Source: Nitrospirales bacterium (GTDB taxonomy: Bacteria; Nitrospirota; Nitrospiria; Nitrospirales; UBA8639). From it: a stretch of 64,000 nucleotides of DNA. The DNA is taken from the NCBI GenBank assembly GCA_963555755.3, contig OY820905.2, positions 1,920,001-1,984,000 of the forward strand, in the 5' to 3' direction. Made by a program: the position numbers and the translations under genes. Shown here piece by piece: positions 60,865 to 64,000 of the stretch (positions within the stretch are counted from its first letter, which is position 1; every line of letters begins with the position of its first letter). The notes under the pieces were generated by a model. The model was not told the origin of the DNA, made no database searches, and saw only the letters and a program-made list of their open reading frames with translations.

Positions 60865-62181
60865 ATGTTAAGTTTCCCCATGAATCCACCTCGACCCATT
60901 TCAACTTTCTGCATTCAGGTGGTCATCTTTCTTATGGCCATAGCAACACCCGTTTGGGGTGCCACCATCGGAGTGCCACTCTATCAACCTCAAACGCCAC
61001 CTGGCGCCAATGATTATCGAGAAGGGATCAGGGCACTTGCCAAAGGGGACCTCAGGCTGGCGAAACAGGCGTTTTACGCTACACTTAAAAAAACTCCTGC
61101 CCACGTCGGCGCGATAATCGGCTTGGCTGAAATCGCGCTGAAAGAAGGAACCCCCGATGTCACGGAACAATATATTCAACAAGCCCTGAACATCGCGCCC
61201 AAAAATGCCGTGATCCATCAAATATGGGGAAGGCACCTCACACAACAAGGCCGGCTTGATGAAGCAGAAGCAGCCTACCAACATGCCCTAAAATTAGAAC
61301 CGAAACTCCTGCGTCTTCATTTGGAGATGGGCGATTTCTATCTCCAACGAGTCCATCAACCCAAGAAAGCCATCAAGGCCTACGAAGCGGCTCTTGCGTT
61401 AAACCCTTCACACGCCGGTGCTCATTTTGGCCTTGGGTCGGCGTTGGCGAATACCGGAAAAATCGACCAGGCGGTGAAAAAGTTGGAGGAAGCCGGGCGA
61501 ATCGCTCCCACCAACCCGCTTCCCTTCTTCGCGTTAGGTCGAATCCATGCCGTCCGCAAGCAATATGACGAGGCCCATCAAGCCTTTGGCAAAGCCTTGC
61601 AAGCCCAACCAAAATTTGCGCAAGCCCATATTTCGCGTGGTGACGTCTACACGATCCAAAAACAAGACACCAAAGCCATCGAAGACTATGAAGCCGCTCG
61701 CACCCTCGCACCTCGTATTGCCGGGCTTCACGTCAAACTCGGGCTCCTGTACGAACGAAACGAACGCTTTGATCAAGCCATCGACTCATTTCGTACCGCG
61801 ATCTCTCTTGACCCGAGGCAGCCGGTTGCCTTGAACAATTTGGCCTGGATCTCGGTTCAACACAACACACGATTGGATGAAGCGGTCACATGGGCAGAAC
61901 AAGCCGTCGCCCTCGCGCCCAAGATAAGCGCCTTCCAAGATACCCTAGGTTGGGTGCACCGAAAACGGGGAGAACTGGACAAAGCGGCAGATGTTCTTGA
62001 AAAAGCCACAGCCCTCAAGCCGGAGCAGGCGGATATTTTCTACCATTTAGGGGTGGTCGAGGCCGAGCGTGGCCAAAACCAGAAGGCGGTCGCAGCGCTC
62101 ACCAAAGCCTTGGAGCTGAATGCCAAATTTACCGACGCCGACGATGCCCGCCAACGACTCCAATCGCTTCAAAAGCCCTAA
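60865..62181 (+). CDS. Exported TPR-repeat protein
   Basis: Multiple TPRs; NNLAW..DTLGW; signal peptide. Confidence 0.88.
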   Translation: MLSFPMNPPRPISTFCIQVVIFLMAIATPVWGATIGVPLYQPQTPPGANDYREGIRALAKGDLRLAKQAFYATLKKTPAHVGAIIGLAEIALKEGTPDVTEQYIQQALNIAPKNAVIHQIWGRHLTQQGRLDEAEAAYQHALKLEPKLLRLHLEMGDFYLQRVHQPKKAIKAYEAALALNPSHAGAHFGLGSALANTGKIDQAVKKLEEAGRIAPTNPLPFFALGRIHAVRKQYDEAHQAFGKALQAQPKFAQAHISRGDVYTIQKQDTKAIEDYEAARTLAPRIAGLHVKLGLLYERNERFDQAIDSFRTAISLDPRQPVALNNLAWISVQHNTRLDEAVTWAEQAVALAPKISAFQDTLGWVHRKRGELDKAADVLEKATALKPEQADIFYHLGVVEAERGQNQKAVAALTKALELNAKFTDADDARQRLQSLQKP

Positions 62182-62221
62182 CACGCTTTTACCCCATTCC
62201 CGCAACCCTCACATGGAACTA

Positions 62222-62343
62222 GGGAATGTTCAAAAAAGTTCGTCCAGCAAGGCCGCAGCCCTTTTGACGCGCGGAGCGTACTCTCAGTACGTGAGCACGG
62301 CAAAAGGGCGAGAACGCCGCTGGCGGCTTTTTTCAACATTCCC
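62222..62343. mobile_element. MITE family A, minimal 122-bp form
   Basis: gggaatgttcaaaaaag ... ttttttcaacattccc. Confidence 0.9.
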
Positions 62344-62346
62344 AAC

Positions 62347-62802
62347 CTACACAATCCAAGGAATCAATTTATGAGTGCGCTGTTGATACTCCGCATATTC
62401 GGGAAAGGTTTTTACTAACAACACTTCTTCATACCGCAGCTTCAAAAACAAATCCACGAGCAGTACGACCCACATCAGGCCCCGCCAATAGGTAAATTCC
62501 TCGCACACCAGAGCCAACATCAGCAGTAACAAAGCCGTATACATGGGATGTCGAATCCACTGGTACGGGCCTCCAGTCTGAAGAGGACTATTTGATTTAA
62601 TGTCAGGCAAGGCGCTCAAATTCCGAAGCTTTATAGTCCAGAGAGCCCACACGCCGAGAATCCCCCCAAACAGTTCTACCAGAAAGAGCCCCGGGGTTTT
62701 GGCCAACCAAGGACCTGTGGCTAGAATCAACCCGAGACAAACAAATTGGACCCCAACAAATAAATAGGACTGAACTCGATGGTTGGATTGACTCACGTGC
62801 AA
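62347..62802 (-). CDS. Isoprenylcysteine carboxyl/phospholipid methyltransferase family membrane protein
   Basis: GPYQWIRHPMY..EE..L...FPEY..Y...T.KLIP. Confidence 0.88.
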   Translation of the reverse strand: MHVSQSNHRVQSYLFVGVQFVCLGLILATGPWLAKTPGLFLVELFGGILGVWALWTIKLRNLSALPDIKSNSPLQTGGPYQWIRHPMYTALLLLMLALVCEEFTYWRGLMWVVLLVDLFLKLRYEEVLLVKTFPEYAEYQQRTHKLIPWIV

Positions 62803-62977
62803 ACCTGTCGTGCTACATGTCCAAAGCTCAGTTTATTCCCAACCACTGTCCCTTGAGCCATCATTCCCCGAACACTCAAGAGCCTTCTCAAACCCGGCGA
62901 CAAAGTAGCGTGTTTTATTTTTCAATTAATACTCCCTCGCCCCTGTGGGGAGAGGGTGAAGATGCGTCAACTGTACG

Positions 62978-63382
62978 CTAATACCGATAGCCTCCACTGA
63001 GGTGCTTCTCCAGCGTTGAGGACAAACCAAGGTGATTGCGGTAGGTGGATGACTCCACAATTTCTTTGTTGTTCGGTGCGAGTTCTCCGGCGGTTTGGAA
63101 ATGCTCCTTGGCTTGATCATGCAGCCCAAGCTTGTGCTGGGTCAGTGCGAGATTAAAGTGGGCCTCCGGCAACTGTGGATCATTTTTCACCGCCGCCACG
63201 AAATGCTCTCGTGCTGCCTTCCAATTCCCATTGTTGTACGATTTGATCCCTTCAAGATTGTGTTGAGCAGCCGTCGGGCTCGATATGGGCAGGACCGCTA
63301 AAGGACCAGTTTTCGTTGCACATCCTGCGAGCATGGCGAGGAACCCGATAACAAAGAAGCCTTTTAACATTCTGCTTGGCAT
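62978..63382 (-). CDS. TPR lipoprotein
   Basis: Lipobox LAGC; HN.EGI..A..HF..PEAHFNLAL. Confidence 0.8.
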   Translation of the reverse strand: MPSRMLKGFFVIGFLAMLAGCATKTGPLAVLPISSPTAAQHNLEGIKSYNNGNWKAAREHFVAAVKNDPQLPEAHFNLALTQHKLGLHDQAKEHFQTAGELAPNNKEIVESSTYRNHLGLSSTLEKHLSGGYRY

Positions 63383-63875
63383 ACCCTATATCTTTGCCGT
63401 TGGTGACGTGAATGGCATGCATGAGATTGTGCACATTGCTATTGAACAGGGAGAAATCGCCGGCTGGAATGCCGTGCACCCGAACGACTCATCGCGCAAG
63501 TATGACGATAGACTAAAAACCCAAGTCGTCTTTACCGACCCCCAAGTCGCCAGCGTGGGCCTGAGCGAAAAAGAATGCCGAAGAGAGAACATTGCATACA
63601 TGGCAGCATCGTATCCGTTTAACGACCATGGAAAATCCATGACCCTTGGTGAAACCCATGGTCATGTCAAACTCCTAGCCGATCCTCTAACAGGCACAAT
63701 CCTCGGCGCTCATATCGTCGGCCCCGAAGCCGCTGAGCTGATCCATGAACTCATTTCCGTGATGTATTTCCATGGCACGGTTCATGACTTAATGCCCATG
63801 CCCCACTATCATCCCACCCTAGCCGAAATCATGACCTATCCAGCGGAAGAATTGCTAAAACGCATTCCAAGATAA
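63381..63875 (+). pseudogene. 5'-truncated pyridine nucleotide-disulfide oxidoreductase (dihydrolipoamide dehydrogenase/MerA-like C-terminal part)
   Basis: IFAVGD, VFTDPQVASVG, ILGAHIVG, HYHPTLAE present; FAD/NAD-binding N-terminal domains absent. Confidence 0.8.
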
Positions 63876-64000
63876 AATTGCGCCTGCAAATCATCCTTCT
63901 TGGAACCAGTCAGAGATTAGGATTGCGACAATAAAGATTCAAATAAGTGGAATAAGGGGTCAAGGAATAAGGGAACAATCTTATGGGCACCTCTACAAAC

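Overview
Bacterial chromosome segment of about 50% GC. The gene set and repeat families suggest a marine or halotolerant Nitrospirota (Nitrospirales-like) genome; this is inference. Protein-coding content: the 5' 4.3 kb of a giant MnxG-like multicopper oxidase with an inserted LysM domain (absent from the supplied ORF track because it runs off the window), a D-amino-acid aminotransferase, a nitrosocyanin-like cupredoxin, a ProVWX-type osmolyte ABC transporter followed by two SAM methyltransferases (one phosphoethanolamine-N-methyltransferase-like), gltBD, cysC, ispB, a phosphonolipid-type operon with no pepM in the window, queF, dinB, SRAP, a trpF-like gene and three toxin-antitoxin pairs. The mobile layer is the richest part. 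(i) A complete IS110 element whose bridge RNA can be read from the sequence (target and donor guides, CT core, promoter formed only at the circle junction). It sits in a short palindromic repeat that has two empty copies in the window. (ii) Two IS elements of different families (IS4 and ISAs1) that both carry an N-terminal DUF4338/DruA-like domain. (iii) At least six MITE/REP families nested inside one another. Several share a common structured core, and one carries a highly structured 310-bp passenger. No CRISPR array, rRNA or tRNA was recognised.
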